NCBI GenBank assembly: GCA_963662585.1 | Contig: OY759729.1 | Coordinates: 1,472,001 to 1,536,000, forward strand | Direction of reading: 5' to 3' | DNA length: 64,000 nucleotides | Source: Candidatus Cloacimonadales bacterium | Lineage (GTDB): Bacteria > Cloacimonadota > Cloacimonadia > Cloacimonadales > JAFGVF01 | Shown here: positions 40,237 to 51,218 of the stretch, piece by piece | Position numbering within the stretch: position 1 is the stretch's first letter | How the letters are laid out: each line of letters begins with the position of its first letter | Made by a program: the position numbers and the translations under genes | Notes under the pieces: generated by a model | What the model saw: the letters and a program-made list of their open reading frames with translations, nothing else | Told to the model about the DNA's origin: nothing | Database searches by the model: none

Positions 40237-40668
40237 TTAATTTTCACCACCAGTTTCAACATCGGTAAAGGTATCGATTCCCCAGCCGGTGTAAGAGTTG
40301 TCTTCAACGATAAATCTAACTTGTTTTCCTTCACCGGAATCAAATTCTGCAGTTGAAGTACAGATATACTCTTGTGGTGGGTTACCGATTACATCAAATT
40401 CCCATTGTTCTCTAACTGCTGTAGAAATACCAGCATCATCTAATGCATCTTCAATTTCATAACCATCAGTTGTACCATTCATAGTGAAATAAGTGTCGTA
40501 AGCCTGTTTAACTGAACGCAAATAAGCCTTAGGACCAGCTGCTTTACCTCTTTCTGTGTAACGAAGATAAATTGGAACCGCAATAGATGCTAAAATAGTC
40601 ATAATAATAATAACAGCTAAAAGTTCCACTAAACTAAATCCCTTGTCTTTCTTCATAAATCTGAACAT
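40237..40668 (-). CDS. pilA: Major type IVa pilin
   Basis: KG|FSLVELLAVIII..LASIAVP; first gene of the cluster; GGGAGG SD. Confidence 0.88.
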   Translation of the reverse strand: MFRFMKKDKGFSLVELLAVIIIMTILASIAVPIYLRYTERGKAAGPKAYLRSVKQAYDTYFTMNGTTDGYEIEDALDDAGISTAVREQWEFDVIGNPPQEYICTSTAEFDSGEGKQVRFIVEDNSYTGWGIDTFTDVETGGEN

Positions 40669-40724
40669 AATGTTCCTCCCAATTAAGTATTTTTACTTTT
40701 TTTTTAATATTCACAGTAGTACAT

Positions 40725-40740
40725 TGCACATACCATACCA
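40725..40740 (-). promoter_or_regulatory. Putative sigma54 -24/-12 promoter of pilA
   Basis: TGGTATGGTATGTGCA, GG-N10-GC spacing, 56 bp upstream of the ATG. Confidence 0.55.
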
Positions 40741-40877
40741 AAAAAAGACAAAATTTCTCATTTTTTGATTTTTAAATAAAAGTCTTGACTCAAAGTTATA
40801 GTTTTGCAATTTCTGTAACCAAATGAATTAACGAGCGTTTTAGTTAATATTATACAATAGATTTAAGGAGTCTAAGA

Positions 40878-42914
40878 ATGAAAAGAGTTTTATTAATCGC
40901 AACCCTACTAATATCTTTGCTACTGTTATTGGTTGGTTGTTCAGGCATTTCTAACAAGAATAAGCAAGAGCCATCTGAAGAGATATATGTTAAATATGAT
41001 GGTGGAATGATAACAAAAGCAGATTTTAATCAATTAGTTCTTTCCCTACCTACCGAGCAACAAGAAGCATTGAATATGGCAGGGCAACAAGTTAAATTGC
41101 TTAATTCGATGGCTAAAGAAGAGGCATTTTACTGTAAAGCTAAGCAATTGGGTTATGACACAAATCCTGAAGTTCTTGATTTAATAGAAAAGAGATTAAA
41201 ACCTTATTACATCAATGATTTCTACAGCAAAACTATTAAATCTAAAGCTACAGTAACAGATGAAGAAGTTACTGATTATTATAATGAAAATCCTGATTTC
41301 TTCATGGAAGCAGCCAAAGCAACCATTAGATATATACAGGCTCAAGATATTGAATCAGCTCATGAGATATTAGCTGATATCAAAGTAAAAGGCCTAGACT
41401 TTAAAATAGTCTCTTACCGTAAATCAATCAATGAGTATGCCAAAAACAACGATGGCATGATTAGAGAGATTCAGAACAATGGATACATCCAAGGTATTGG
41501 TTATGATGCTGTATTAGACTCACTAATCTTCTCACTACCTGTTAATCAAGATGAGATTTATGGACCTTTTGAAACAGAAACAGGTGTACATATTTTCACT
41601 ATTCTTAACAAAGAAGAAGCCTTCGTAAAACCTTTTACCGAGGTAAAAGAACTAGCTACTAATCGCACTATAGCAGTCAAACAAAAGCAACTTAGTGATA
41701 ATTTAGTTAACAAAGTTATGACTGAGCAAAATATTAATATTGATAACGAAGTTCTTAATAATATTGACTTTGTTGACACCTCAAACAATAAGGAAGCTGA
41801 TTTAACTAAGCTCGTATTAAAAAGCGATATAAAAGATTTTTCATGGACAGTTGAAGATTTGTTAAATATCTATAATTCAGTAGAGAAAAACGAAAGAATG
41901 TTCATTGCTCAAAGTACTCCTCAAGAGATTCTTGATCATCTTTTAGCTAAACAAGTCTATTATTATCAGCTTAAAAAAGATGGATTTGATAAGGAATTAA
42001 ACAAAACAATGAAGTATAGTAGAAATATCAAAAACATCATATTATCCTATACTTATCAAAAATTAGTTGCTGAAAACATTAATGTTACTGACCAAATGAT
42101 AGAAGATTATTATAATGCTAATATGTTAGAGTTTGCTAAACCTGCTTATAGAAATATCGAATTATTAGAGTTTTTTAACAGTGAAAAAGCTGATCAAGCT
42201 TATAATAAATATATCTCAGCTGTTAATAAAGACGACAATGCTAAAATAGAAGAAATTATGCAAAAATATGCATCTAATGATTTTGATAAACGATTAATTA
42301 ACAATGTATATAATAATGGTATTGTCCCAGGTTATGGAAAAGATACAATTCTAAATACTGCAATATGGAGTCTACCTGTAAACGAAGTAAGCGATGTCTT
42401 AATTTCTAAAAAGGGCGATAAACCTGTTATATTTAGAGTACTCAGTGAGGAAGCTATTCAATATAAACCACTTAACCATGTGGAACCACAAATTGAAGGC
42501 AAACTTAGTAGAGAACAAGCAAGCACACTTTTCGATAATTTAATTAAAGAATATAAAGAAGAGTTCAACTTCGTCATCTATGAAGACAAGTTAAAGCCAA
42601 CTCTCACTACAGAAGAACTATTTGAATTAGCTGAAAGACAAGCCAAAATGGGTAAATATGATGATACTTTACTTTATTATGACCAAATAATCTCAACTTT
42701 CGCTAATGGAACTGATGATTACAAGGCCATGTTCATGAAAGGCTTCACCCAATCAGAATATATGAATGATAAACAAGCAGCAATAATTACTTTTACTCAA
42801 TTCTTAAACAAGTATCCTAAAGGTGATTTAAATGCTGATGCTCAAGTTATGCTGGATATTCTTACAGGGAAAACTTCAATTGAAATCCCTGAAGATCTTG
42901 AATTAGAAGATTAA
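40878..42914 (+). CDS. Lipoprotein foldase: two tandem PrsA/SurA-like parvulin-type modules plus C-terminal TPR-like repeat
   Basis: Lipobox LVGC; duplicated VTD..I.DYYN.N...F..PA units; GPFETETGVHI; F..FL.KYP tail. Confidence 0.8.
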   Translation: MKRVLLIATLLISLLLLLVGCSGISNKNKQEPSEEIYVKYDGGMITKADFNQLVLSLPTEQQEALNMAGQQVKLLNSMAKEEAFYCKAKQLGYDTNPEVLDLIEKRLKPYYINDFYSKTIKSKATVTDEEVTDYYNENPDFFMEAAKATIRYIQAQDIESAHEILADIKVKGLDFKIVSYRKSINEYAKNNDGMIREIQNNGYIQGIGYDAVLDSLIFSLPVNQDEIYGPFETETGVHIFTILNKEEAFVKPFTEVKELATNRTIAVKQKQLSDNLVNKVMTEQNINIDNEVLNNIDFVDTSNNKEADLTKLVLKSDIKDFSWTVEDLLNIYNSVEKNERMFIAQSTPQEILDHLLAKQVYYYQLKKDGFDKELNKTMKYSRNIKNIILSYTYQKLVAENINVTDQMIEDYYNANMLEFAKPAYRNIELLEFFNSEKADQAYNKYISAVNKDDNAKIEEIMQKYASNDFDKRLINNVYNNGIVPGYGKDTILNTAIWSLPVNEVSDVLISKKGDKPVIFRVLSEEAIQYKPLNHVEPQIEGKLSREQASTLFDNLIKEYKEEFNFVIYEDKLKPTLTTEELFELAERQAKMGKYDDTLLYYDQIISTFANGTDDYKAMFMKGFTQSEYMNDKQAAIITFTQFLNKYPKGDLNADAQVMLDILTGKTSIEIPEDLELED

Positions 42915-42932
42915 TAAGCAAAATATAAGATT

Positions 42933-42964
42933 AAGGACAATTCCTCGGAATTGTCCTTTTTTTT
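42933..42964 (+). terminator. Intrinsic terminator
   Basis: aaggacaattcc..ggaattgtcctt followed by a T-run. Confidence 0.85.
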
Positions 42965-43141
42965 CCTTCTTATGATACTTCTGTTAAATTAAGCGATAAA
43001 AATCTAAGAACTTATTGGCTTTCCCAGCTATCAAACTTGAAAAAGATCATATTTATTCATTAATTCTTAACTAAGAAATTCCTTGACAGAATTACCAAAA
43101 TAGATTTGATAATAACTCAAACTTTTTTAAAGGATAATCTT

Positions 43142-45235
43142 ATGGCAACGACAGAATTAGATAAAATTAGGAATATTGGTATTATGGCACACATTGATGC
43201 CGGGAAAACTACTACTACAGAAAGGATCTTATATTACACAGGTAATATTCATAGAATGGGTGAAGTCCATGATGGTAATGCTACTATGGATTGGATGGAA
43301 CAAGAAAAAGAAAGAGGAATTACCATTACTTCAGCTACTACTGTTTGCCATTGGAAAAATAATCAAATCAATATTATCGACACCCCAGGGCATGTTGATT
43401 TTACTGCTGAAGTTGAACGCTCACTAAGAGTTCTCGATGGAGCAGTTGCTGTCTTTTGTGCTGTTGGAGGAGTAGAACCTCAATCTGAAACTGTTTGGCA
43501 TCAAGCTGATAAGTATAAAGTGCCTAGAATTGCTTTTATTAACAAATTAGATAGAAGTGGTGCTGATTTTGAAAATGTTGTTGAGATGATTCAAGAAAGA
43601 TTATCAGATAGAGCACTTCCAATTCAAATACCAATTGGAAGTGAAGATAGTTTTACTGGAATTATCGACCTAATAAACATGAAGGCAATCTTTTTTGATG
43701 CCACTAGCTTAGGTGCAAATGTTGAAGTAACAGATATCCCTGAAGATTTGCTACCTGCTGCCGAAATGCACCAAGAAGCTTTAATAGATTTCATTGCTGA
43801 ATTTGATGAAGAGCTAATGGAAAAGTACTTAGAGGGTGAAATTCTCACCCCATATGAGATAATAAAATTAATCCGCAAAGGTGTTGTTTCTAATAACTTT
43901 ATTCCAATTTTATGTGGATCTTCTCTTAGAAACAAGGGCGTTCAACCACTCTTGGACGCAATTGTTAATTTTTTACCCTCACCACTTGATGTCCCACCTC
44001 TAGTTGCTACAACTTCCGATGGACTAAAAGAGGAGATAGTTAAGCCTAAATTGGATGCAAAATTTTCTGGATATGCCTTTAAGGTAGTGACTGATAAGTT
44101 TTCTGGTAAACTTGTATATATAAGAGTTTATTCTGGAACACTTAAAAAGGGTGATCAGTTTTTCAATGTTAATAATGGTAAAAAAGAGAGAGCAGGAAGA
44201 ATCCTCCAAATGTATTCTAACCGAAAACAGGATGTAGAAGAGTTACACGCAGGAGATATCGGGGCAATCTTAGGAACTAAGTTTACTATGACTGGTGAGA
44301 CTATTACAGAGAAAGATTATAATATTCTCTTAGCCAAAATGGATTTTCCTGATACAGTTATCTCAATAGCTATCGAGGCTAAATCGAAGTCTGATGAAGC
44401 CAGCTTGAAAGATGCTTTAATTAAATTCCAAGAAGAAGATCCTACTATAAAAGTCCGAGAAGATAAAGATACCGGACAAACTCTTATCTCTGGTATGGGA
44501 GAACTTCATTTAGAAATAATCATTGACCGTCTCTTTAGAGAGTTTAATGTTAATGCTAATGTCGGTGATCCTCAAGTTGCCTATAAAGAGACAATTCTAG
44601 CAGCTAATTCTGCTCAAGAGGTCTTTGATAGAATGTTAGGTGATAAACGCTGTTATGCTAGTGTGAAAGTTCGCGTCTCTCCAATTAACGAAGAAGAATT
44701 CTCTCCTACCAAGAAAAACATCTATGAATTTAAAGCTAAAAATGATCTTCCTCTAAATTTCCGTCATGCTATAGAAGAATCTGTTCTAAACTCTCTAAAT
44801 GATGGTCCAATTTTCAGTGCCAACCTAGAACGCGTTCGTGTTGAGGTTTTAGAAGCACAAACTCTTCCAGAAGAGACTAACGATACAGGATTCAGAATTG
44901 CTACTTCCATGGCTGTATCAAGAGCTATTAGAGAAACAAAAAGCGCACTCTTAGAACCAATAATGTTAGTTACTGTTATTACTCCTGAAGAGAATGTTGG
45001 AGATATTATCTCAGATCTAAATAGTAAAAGAGGTAAAATAGAAGATATTAGAAGCCAAACTAATAATAAACAAGAGATTTTAGCTAAAGTTCCTATGCGT
45101 GAACTCTTTGGTTATTCTACAACTATCAGATCTATAAGCTCAGGTCGAGCTATCTACTCTATGGAATATGATAGTTATCAAATCGTTCCAAATAATATTA
45201 AAGAAGAAATTATTAAAAAAATAAGAGGATATTAG
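43142..45235 (+). CDS. fusA: Elongation factor G paralogue with divergent domain IV
   Basis: [35 protein letters not shown] at 43142; not in an rpsL-rpsG-fusA-tuf context. Confidence 0.9.
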   Translation: MATTELDKIRNIGIMAHIDAGKTTTTERILYYTGNIHRMGEVHDGNATMDWMEQEKERGITITSATTVCHWKNNQINIIDTPGHVDFTAEVERSLRVLDGAVAVFCAVGGVEPQSETVWHQADKYKVPRIAFINKLDRSGADFENVVEMIQERLSDRALPIQIPIGSEDSFTGIIDLINMKAIFFDATSLGANVEVTDIPEDLLPAAEMHQEALIDFIAEFDEELMEKYLEGEILTPYEIIKLIRKGVVSNNFIPILCGSSLRNKGVQPLLDAIVNFLPSPLDVPPLVATTSDGLKEEIVKPKLDAKFSGYAFKVVTDKFSGKLVYIRVYSGTLKKGDQFFNVNNGKKERAGRILQMYSNRKQDVEELHAGDIGAILGTKFTMTGETITEKDYNILLAKMDFPDTVISIAIEAKSKSDEASLKDALIKFQEEDPTIKVREDKDTGQTLISGMGELHLEIIIDRLFREFNVNANVGDPQVAYKETILAANSAQEVFDRMLGDKRCYASVKVRVSPINEEEFSPTKKNIYEFKAKNDLPLNFRHAIEESVLNSLNDGPIFSANLERVRVEVLEAQTLPEETNDTGFRIATSMAVSRAIRETKSALLEPIMLVTVITPEENVGDIISDLNSKRGKIEDIRSQTNNKQEILAKVPMRELFGYSTTIRSISSGRAIYSMEYDSYQIVPNNIKEEIIKKIRGY

Positions 45236-45296
45236 GACTTCTAAAGTAGAAATTTAGTCTCCCTTTCGCACGACTTATCGCGAAAAGGACTTCTTA

Positions 45297-46270
45297 AACT
45301 CCCCTCTTTAGTGATTAACTGGGGTTACGGACCTTTAGTCCGTGAATCTTAAACTCCCCTCTTTAGTGCTGAAGGCACGATAAAAGAGGGGTGGCTGCGA
45401 AGCAGACGGGGTGTTTTTAAAAGAGGGGTGGCTGCGAAGCAGACTGGGTGTTTTTAAAATCCCCCTCCGCGAGGGGGACACAGGGGGTGTTTTCTTCTAT
45501 GGAGTGGAAGCGTCTCTGCTTCCACATTAGACACTGGCATTTCTAGATTTTTAATCAGTTTAAACACTATTCATCTGTTATTTTCCCATTCACAGCGGAC
45601 AAGATGTCCACAATCCGACAGAAGAGGGATTATCACACTTTTCAACTCCCCTCTTTAGTGATTAACTGAGGTTACGGACCTTTAGTCCGTGAATCTTAAA
45701 CTCCCCTCTTTAGTGCTGAAGGCACGATAAAAGAGGGGTGGCTGCGAAGCAGACGGGGTGTTTTTTAAATCCCCCTCCGCGAGGGGGACACAGGGGGTGT
45801 TTTCTTCTATGGAGTGGAAGCGTCTCTGCTTCCACATTAGACACTGGCATTTCTAGATTTTTAATCATTTTAAATACTATTCATCTTTTATTTACCAATT
45901 CACAGCGGAGAAGATGTCCACAATCCGACAGAAGAGGGATTATCACACTTTTCAACTCCCCTCTTTAGTGATTAACTGGGGTTACGGACCTTTAGTCCGT
46001 GAATCTTACATTCCCCTCTTTAGTGCTGAAGGCACCCTAAAAGAGGGGTGGCTGCGAAGCAGACGGGGTGTTTTTAATCCCCCTCCGCGAGGGGGACACA
46101 GGGGGTGTTTTCTTCTATGGAGTGGAAGCGTCTTTGCTTCCACATTAGACACTGGGATTTCTAGATTTTTGATCAGTTTAAACACCATTCATCTGTTACT
46201 TAGCAATTCACAGCGGACAAGATGTCCACAATCCGACAGAAGAGGGATTATCACACTTTTCAACTCCCCT
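45297..46270. repeat. Three tandem ~310-350-bp composite palindromic units
   Basis: aactcccctctttagtgattaact at 45297, 45644, 45954; contains inverted copies of modules from the 8.5-kb and 10-kb arrays. Confidence 0.95.
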
Positions 46271-46575
46271 ACTCAAAGCATTGACATCCCATGCTCTATC
46301 TAACTTAACTGAAAAATAAATTGAATAATGTTTGAGATGACTGAGAAGGAGCAGGGAATGACCAAAGAAATATGAGTCTAGGATGCTAAATATTAACCCT
46401 CATAATTACCAAATTTAACCTTTCTAACGAAGCGAAATTGCTTAAACTTTCTTCTTTTGTAAAACTATTTAAACAGCAACTTTTTCTATCAATTATTATA
46501 GTTATGATTTTCCTTGACAGTTTATATTTTAGTTAAATAGTTAGGAAAATAATAAACAACACATCAGGAGGATGT

Positions 46576-47550
46576 ATGTTCTACAATGGATGCAGAATGA
46601 AAGAAGTCTTTTTAAAGGCTAAGAAGAACAAGTTTGGCATAATTGCCTCAAATGTTGTATTTGATTTCGCAGTTAGACCTATAATTCAAGGTTACATGAA
46701 ACATAATTCTGACGGATTATTGCAGATGAGTTCAGGTGCTGTTAAATATGCAGCGGGTGATTCCCAAGACATCTATACAGGTGCCCATTTAATTTCTAAT
46801 ACAGTTAAGACTTTCGCAAGTCAGTTTAAAAATGCTGGGGTTGGTCTTCATATTGACCATGCAACTCCAAACTATATGGATTTTGTAATTTATTGTATCG
46901 AAAATGGCTTAGTATCTTCAGTAATGATAGATGCTTCCCATGAAAAGTTTGAAGAAAATGTTAGAATTTCTAAAGAGATAGTCACAGTTGCTCATAGATA
47001 TGGAGTTATTGTAGAAGGAGAAATCGGTTATATTAAAGGAACTGAAGATGAAATAGTTTCTGATAAAGAACTTTATACTTCTCCTGAAGAAGCATTAGAA
47101 TATGTTTCAAAAACTAATGTTGATCTCTTTGCAGCTTCTGTTGGTACTAATCACGGTGTTTCCAAAGGTTCAAAAATCAAGCTAAATTTAGATTTAATAA
47201 AAGAGATTGATAATCTTCTAATTGCTAATAACTTAGAAAGAGGAATAGTTTTACATGGAGCTTCAGGCTTAACAGACTATCAACAACAAACAGCTATTGC
47301 TAATGGTGTTGTAAAAATAAACAAAGATACTTGCTATCAAATGGATGCAGCAGCTGCAGTTGCTAAATTCTGGGGAGAGAATGCTGATTCTATTATCCCT
47401 CCAGTAGGTGTTGACCCTGAAGAATTTATGCCTGATAAGAAAAGATTTGATCCACGCAAATGGATAATTCTTGGTGAAAAAGCTCAACAAAAAACAGTTG
47501 AAGATTTAGTAACCATGAGTGGCTCAGCTAACAAATCAATCTTATTATAA
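46576..47550 (+). CDS. fba: Class II fructose-bisphosphate aldolase
   Basis: LHIDH, SVMIDAS, VEGEIG, GTNHG, VLHGASG, KIN, FDPRK; upstream of gap. Confidence 0.9.
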   Translation: MFYNGCRMKEVFLKAKKNKFGIIASNVVFDFAVRPIIQGYMKHNSDGLLQMSSGAVKYAAGDSQDIYTGAHLISNTVKTFASQFKNAGVGLHIDHATPNYMDFVIYCIENGLVSSVMIDASHEKFEENVRISKEIVTVAHRYGVIVEGEIGYIKGTEDEIVSDKELYTSPEEALEYVSKTNVDLFAASVGTNHGVSKGSKIKLNLDLIKEIDNLLIANNLERGIVLHGASGLTDYQQQTAIANGVVKINKDTCYQMDAAAAVAKFWGENADSIIPPVGVDPEEFMPDKKRFDPRKWIILGEKAQQKTVEDLVTMSGSANKSILL

Positions 47551-47568
47551 TATCATTAAGGAGAATAA

Positions 47569-48576
<1,008 letters not shown>

Positions 48577-48596
48577 CATACTAATAAAAAAAATAT

Positions 48597-48623
48597 AGGA
48601 GCTTGGAAACAGGCTCCTTTTTT
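48597..48623 (+). terminator. Intrinsic terminator
   Basis: ggagcttg-gaaa-caggctcc followed by tttttt. Confidence 0.8.
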
Positions 48624-48665
48624 ATTATACAGAAATAAACTTGTCAAACAAAGCATCTTTAAAAT

Positions 48666-49170
48666 GGCTCAAGTTCAAGTTGGTGGAAAGATAAATTTAT
48701 AACGAAACAGTTTAGTTAATAATGTACTGGTTGAAATATCCCTGAAAGGGATTAATAGATTAGCCTGGGGTAAGATCCTGACTTGTGAGGGCGTAGCTTT
48801 TAAGCGAAGACTCAAGGGATCGTCACCCCAGGTACAATATCCAAAATATGTCCATAACCCTGTAAGGGTTTAATAGAAGAGTAACTGATTTAAATAATAA
48901 AACCTTGGTATATATGTTGTTATTAAACCCTTACAGGGTTACACTTTTTATATACATCCTAACCCAGGGTTGCAATCCCTTGAGTCTTCGCTAAAGCTAC
49001 GCCCTCACAAGTCAGGATTTTACCCTGGGCTAAACTATTAATCCCCGTTGGGGATATAAGACTCATCCTTTGAGGCTTCGCTAAAGCTACGCCCTCACAA
49101 GTCAGGATTAAGTCTTATTTAGCATAAAAACTTCTATTTCTTGTCCACTGTAAGCCCTAACTTACTGTAA
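48666..49170. mobile_element. Degenerate third MITE copy
   Basis: Eroded left TIR ggctcaagttcaagttggtggaaa; internal sequence colinear with 18082..18605; right TIR not found. Confidence 0.75.
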
Positions 49171-49279
49171 GGCATAATTCAATTGATTAGTTTACTTGTT
49201 TTAGAAATCGCGCTACTTAACTTTGGAATAGTTAGTTAAAGCATTGATATCAGGTGATATAATATAGGAGTTTAACTAA

Positions 49280-49516
49280 CTATTTTTCTAATTCGTTATC
49301 TAATCCCTTCTTCCTAATTTCGCATTTATAACAATGTAGAAAAAATACCTTTTCAGGTGATCTGCACCCCGAACAATTAAAATCCTCTATTCCTAGAGGA
49401 TTTTCATCAGTAGAATATTTCTCTGCTAATTTAATTCTTAGATCATCATCATTATTTTTCCAAGCAAGATAAGTAGGACAGGTAGAACAATCAAAGCCAC
49501 AAAAACCTTTCAGCAT
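49280..49516 (-). CDS. Small Cys-rich protein (DUF3795-like)
   Basis: CGFDCSTCP...CSGC...C..CEIR. Confidence 0.7.
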   Translation of the reverse strand: MLKGFCGFDCSTCPTYLAWKNNDDDLRIKLAEKYSTDENPLGIEDFNCSGCRSPEKVFFLHCYKCEIRKKGLDNELEK

Positions 49517-49521
49517 AGAGC

Positions 49522-49794
49522 TTATTTCTTTTCCTCATTATTTATTGTCTTCTGATTTTCCAACTCTTGCTCGAGCATATTATTCTTTCTCTTTAATTCA
49601 CTAATAATACTTCCTCTTTGGGTATTTACCCAGATGATTCCGATATTTGTAACAATCAAGAGAGTTAGTGAAATAAACATAACAATGACTTCTAACCAGC
49701 CAAGTCCTTTTGTGGATTTATAGATATTAAAAAACGCTAACCCACTAAGTGTTGTGAGTATTAAGTTAATTATAGCGAAAAGATACAACATCAA
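49522..49794 (-). CDS. Hypothetical 2-TM protein with coiled-coil tail
   Basis: Overlaps the upstream stop; AGGAG SD. Confidence 0.65.
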   Translation of the reverse strand: MMLYLFAIINLILTTLSGLAFFNIYKSTKGLGWLEVIVMFISLTLLIVTNIGIIWVNTQRGSIISELKRKNNMLEQELENQKTINNEEKK

Positions 49795-50588
49795 TTTTCT
49801 CCTTTAATGAAGATATATTTCTTCAAAACATCAAATTTATTAAAAGACACTTTCTTTAGAAATAATATAACCAAAAATATAGAAATTGCCATTGTTGAAA
49901 AAATAGCAATCATCACTGCAATTTGGTATTTTATAGCTGTCATGGGAACAGAACCACCTAAGATTTGTCCCGTCATCATACCAGGTAGAGAGACTAATCC
50001 AATTGTTGCTATAGAAGCTAAGGTTGGTTTTAGTGAGCGTTTCATACTCTCTCTTACAATAGGTTTTAGAGCCTCTTGCCGAGAAGCACCTAGAGATAAA
50101 GTAAAGAAGTATTCTTTTTCTCTATTTCTGAAATAATCAAAAAATGTATTAGTCGCGATAATATTCCCCTTGAGGGAGTTTCCGAGTAGCATTCCTGAAA
50201 TTGGAATTAAGTACTTTGCATTAAAAATATCTGAGATATTAACAATGAAATAATTAAAATAACTAATATTAAAGAATAGTGATATTGCTAAAGCTCCTAC
50301 GATAGGCAAAAAGAATACTCTTTTACAGACGCCATTAGAATCAATGATACTGAAAGTAGATACAATAATCATCACAAGCAACCAAGCAATATTCAGCCAA
50401 ATATTATCCCACTCGAAAATGTATTTTAAATATACTCCTACTAAGCCCAGTTGTATAGACATGCGTAATATACTAAAAAAGCTCTCTTTTACTAATTTTA
50501 CTTTCATAGCATAGAGAATTCCTACTGGTACTAAGAGAAGCAAGTAGGCGAATAGCATTGAATATAAACTTAAATCTTTAGCTCCCAT
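49791..50588 (-). CDS. ABC permease, YbbM/FetB (UPF0014) family
   Basis: LRMSIQL, IPISGMLLGN, GLVSLPGMMTGQILGG..P..AIKYQI. Confidence 0.9.
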   Translation of the reverse strand: MGAKDLSLYSMLFAYLLLLVPVGILYAMKVKLVKESFFSILRMSIQLGLVGVYLKYIFEWDNIWLNIAWLLVMIIVSTFSIIDSNGVCKRVFFLPIVGALAISLFFNISYFNYFIVNISDIFNAKYLIPISGMLLGNSLKGNIIATNTFFDYFRNREKEYFFTLSLGASRQEALKPIVRESMKRSLKPTLASIATIGLVSLPGMMTGQILGGSVPMTAIKYQIAVMIAIFSTMAISIFLVILFLKKVSFNKFDVLKKYIFIKGEN

Positions 50589-50589
50589 T

Positions 50590-51201
50590 TTACCACTCCA
50601 CTTTGCGTAAATTGTTTTTTAGCCACACATCATCATGAGAAACAATAATAATTGTCTGTTTCATTTTAAGAAAATAATCTGCAATAAAGATTTTTAATTC
50701 GCTATTTAAAGCTGAAGTAACTTCATCAAGTAGAAAGATCTCTCTATTTAACAATTGCATAATTAAAATCCCAATTCGCTGTTTTTCTCCACCTGAAAGA
50801 GAAGTTGTGTCTTGAGTTAAAACATCCTTTGGTAACATTAAAGCTTCTAAGGAATCTTCTACTTTATTCTTCTCGTAGGAAATACTTTTGTTAGACTCAT
50901 AGCTTAAAACACTTTTGATAAAATCTTCAACTTTCATCTTGGGAAAAGATATATCTTGAGGTAAATAGGCAATCTTTGCTCTAATTTCTTTGATATTTTG
51001 AGCAGAAATAAGCTTTTCTGCTACCATTACTTCTCCAGAATCAGGTTTTAGGAAACCCATAATTATCTTAAGCAGTGAAGACTTACCCTTTCCTGATGGT
51101 GCATTAAGTATCACCTTCTCACCTTGCTTAATAGTTAAAGAAAGATTTGAAAAAACTTCTTTCTTCCCGAAACTTAGGTTAATATTCTTAATTTGAATCA
51201 T
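50590..51201 (-). CDS. ABC ATPase, YbbL/FetA-like
   Basis: PSGKGKS, LSGGEKQR, LLDEVTSAL; adjacent to the permease. Confidence 0.88.
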   Translation of the reverse strand: MIQIKNINLSFGKKEVFSNLSLTIKQGEKVILNAPSGKGKSSLLKIIMGFLKPDSGEVMVAEKLISAQNIKEIRAKIAYLPQDISFPKMKVEDFIKSVLSYESNKSISYEKNKVEDSLEALMLPKDVLTQDTTSLSGGEKQRIGILIMQLLNREIFLLDEVTSALNSELKIFIADYFLKMKQTIIIVSHDDVWLKNNLRKVEW

Positions 51202-51218
51202 AAGAACTTCCTTTAGAA

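Noticed and set aside
26431..40668. Type II secretion system
   Set aside because: PilT with the AIRNLIRE-type motif, PilM/N/O and a type IVa major pilin indicate a retractile type IV pilus.
45738..46303. ORFs in the 45-46 kb array (and 10804..10995, 62843..63055, 63154..63339)
   Set aside because: They are translations of palindromic repeat modules.
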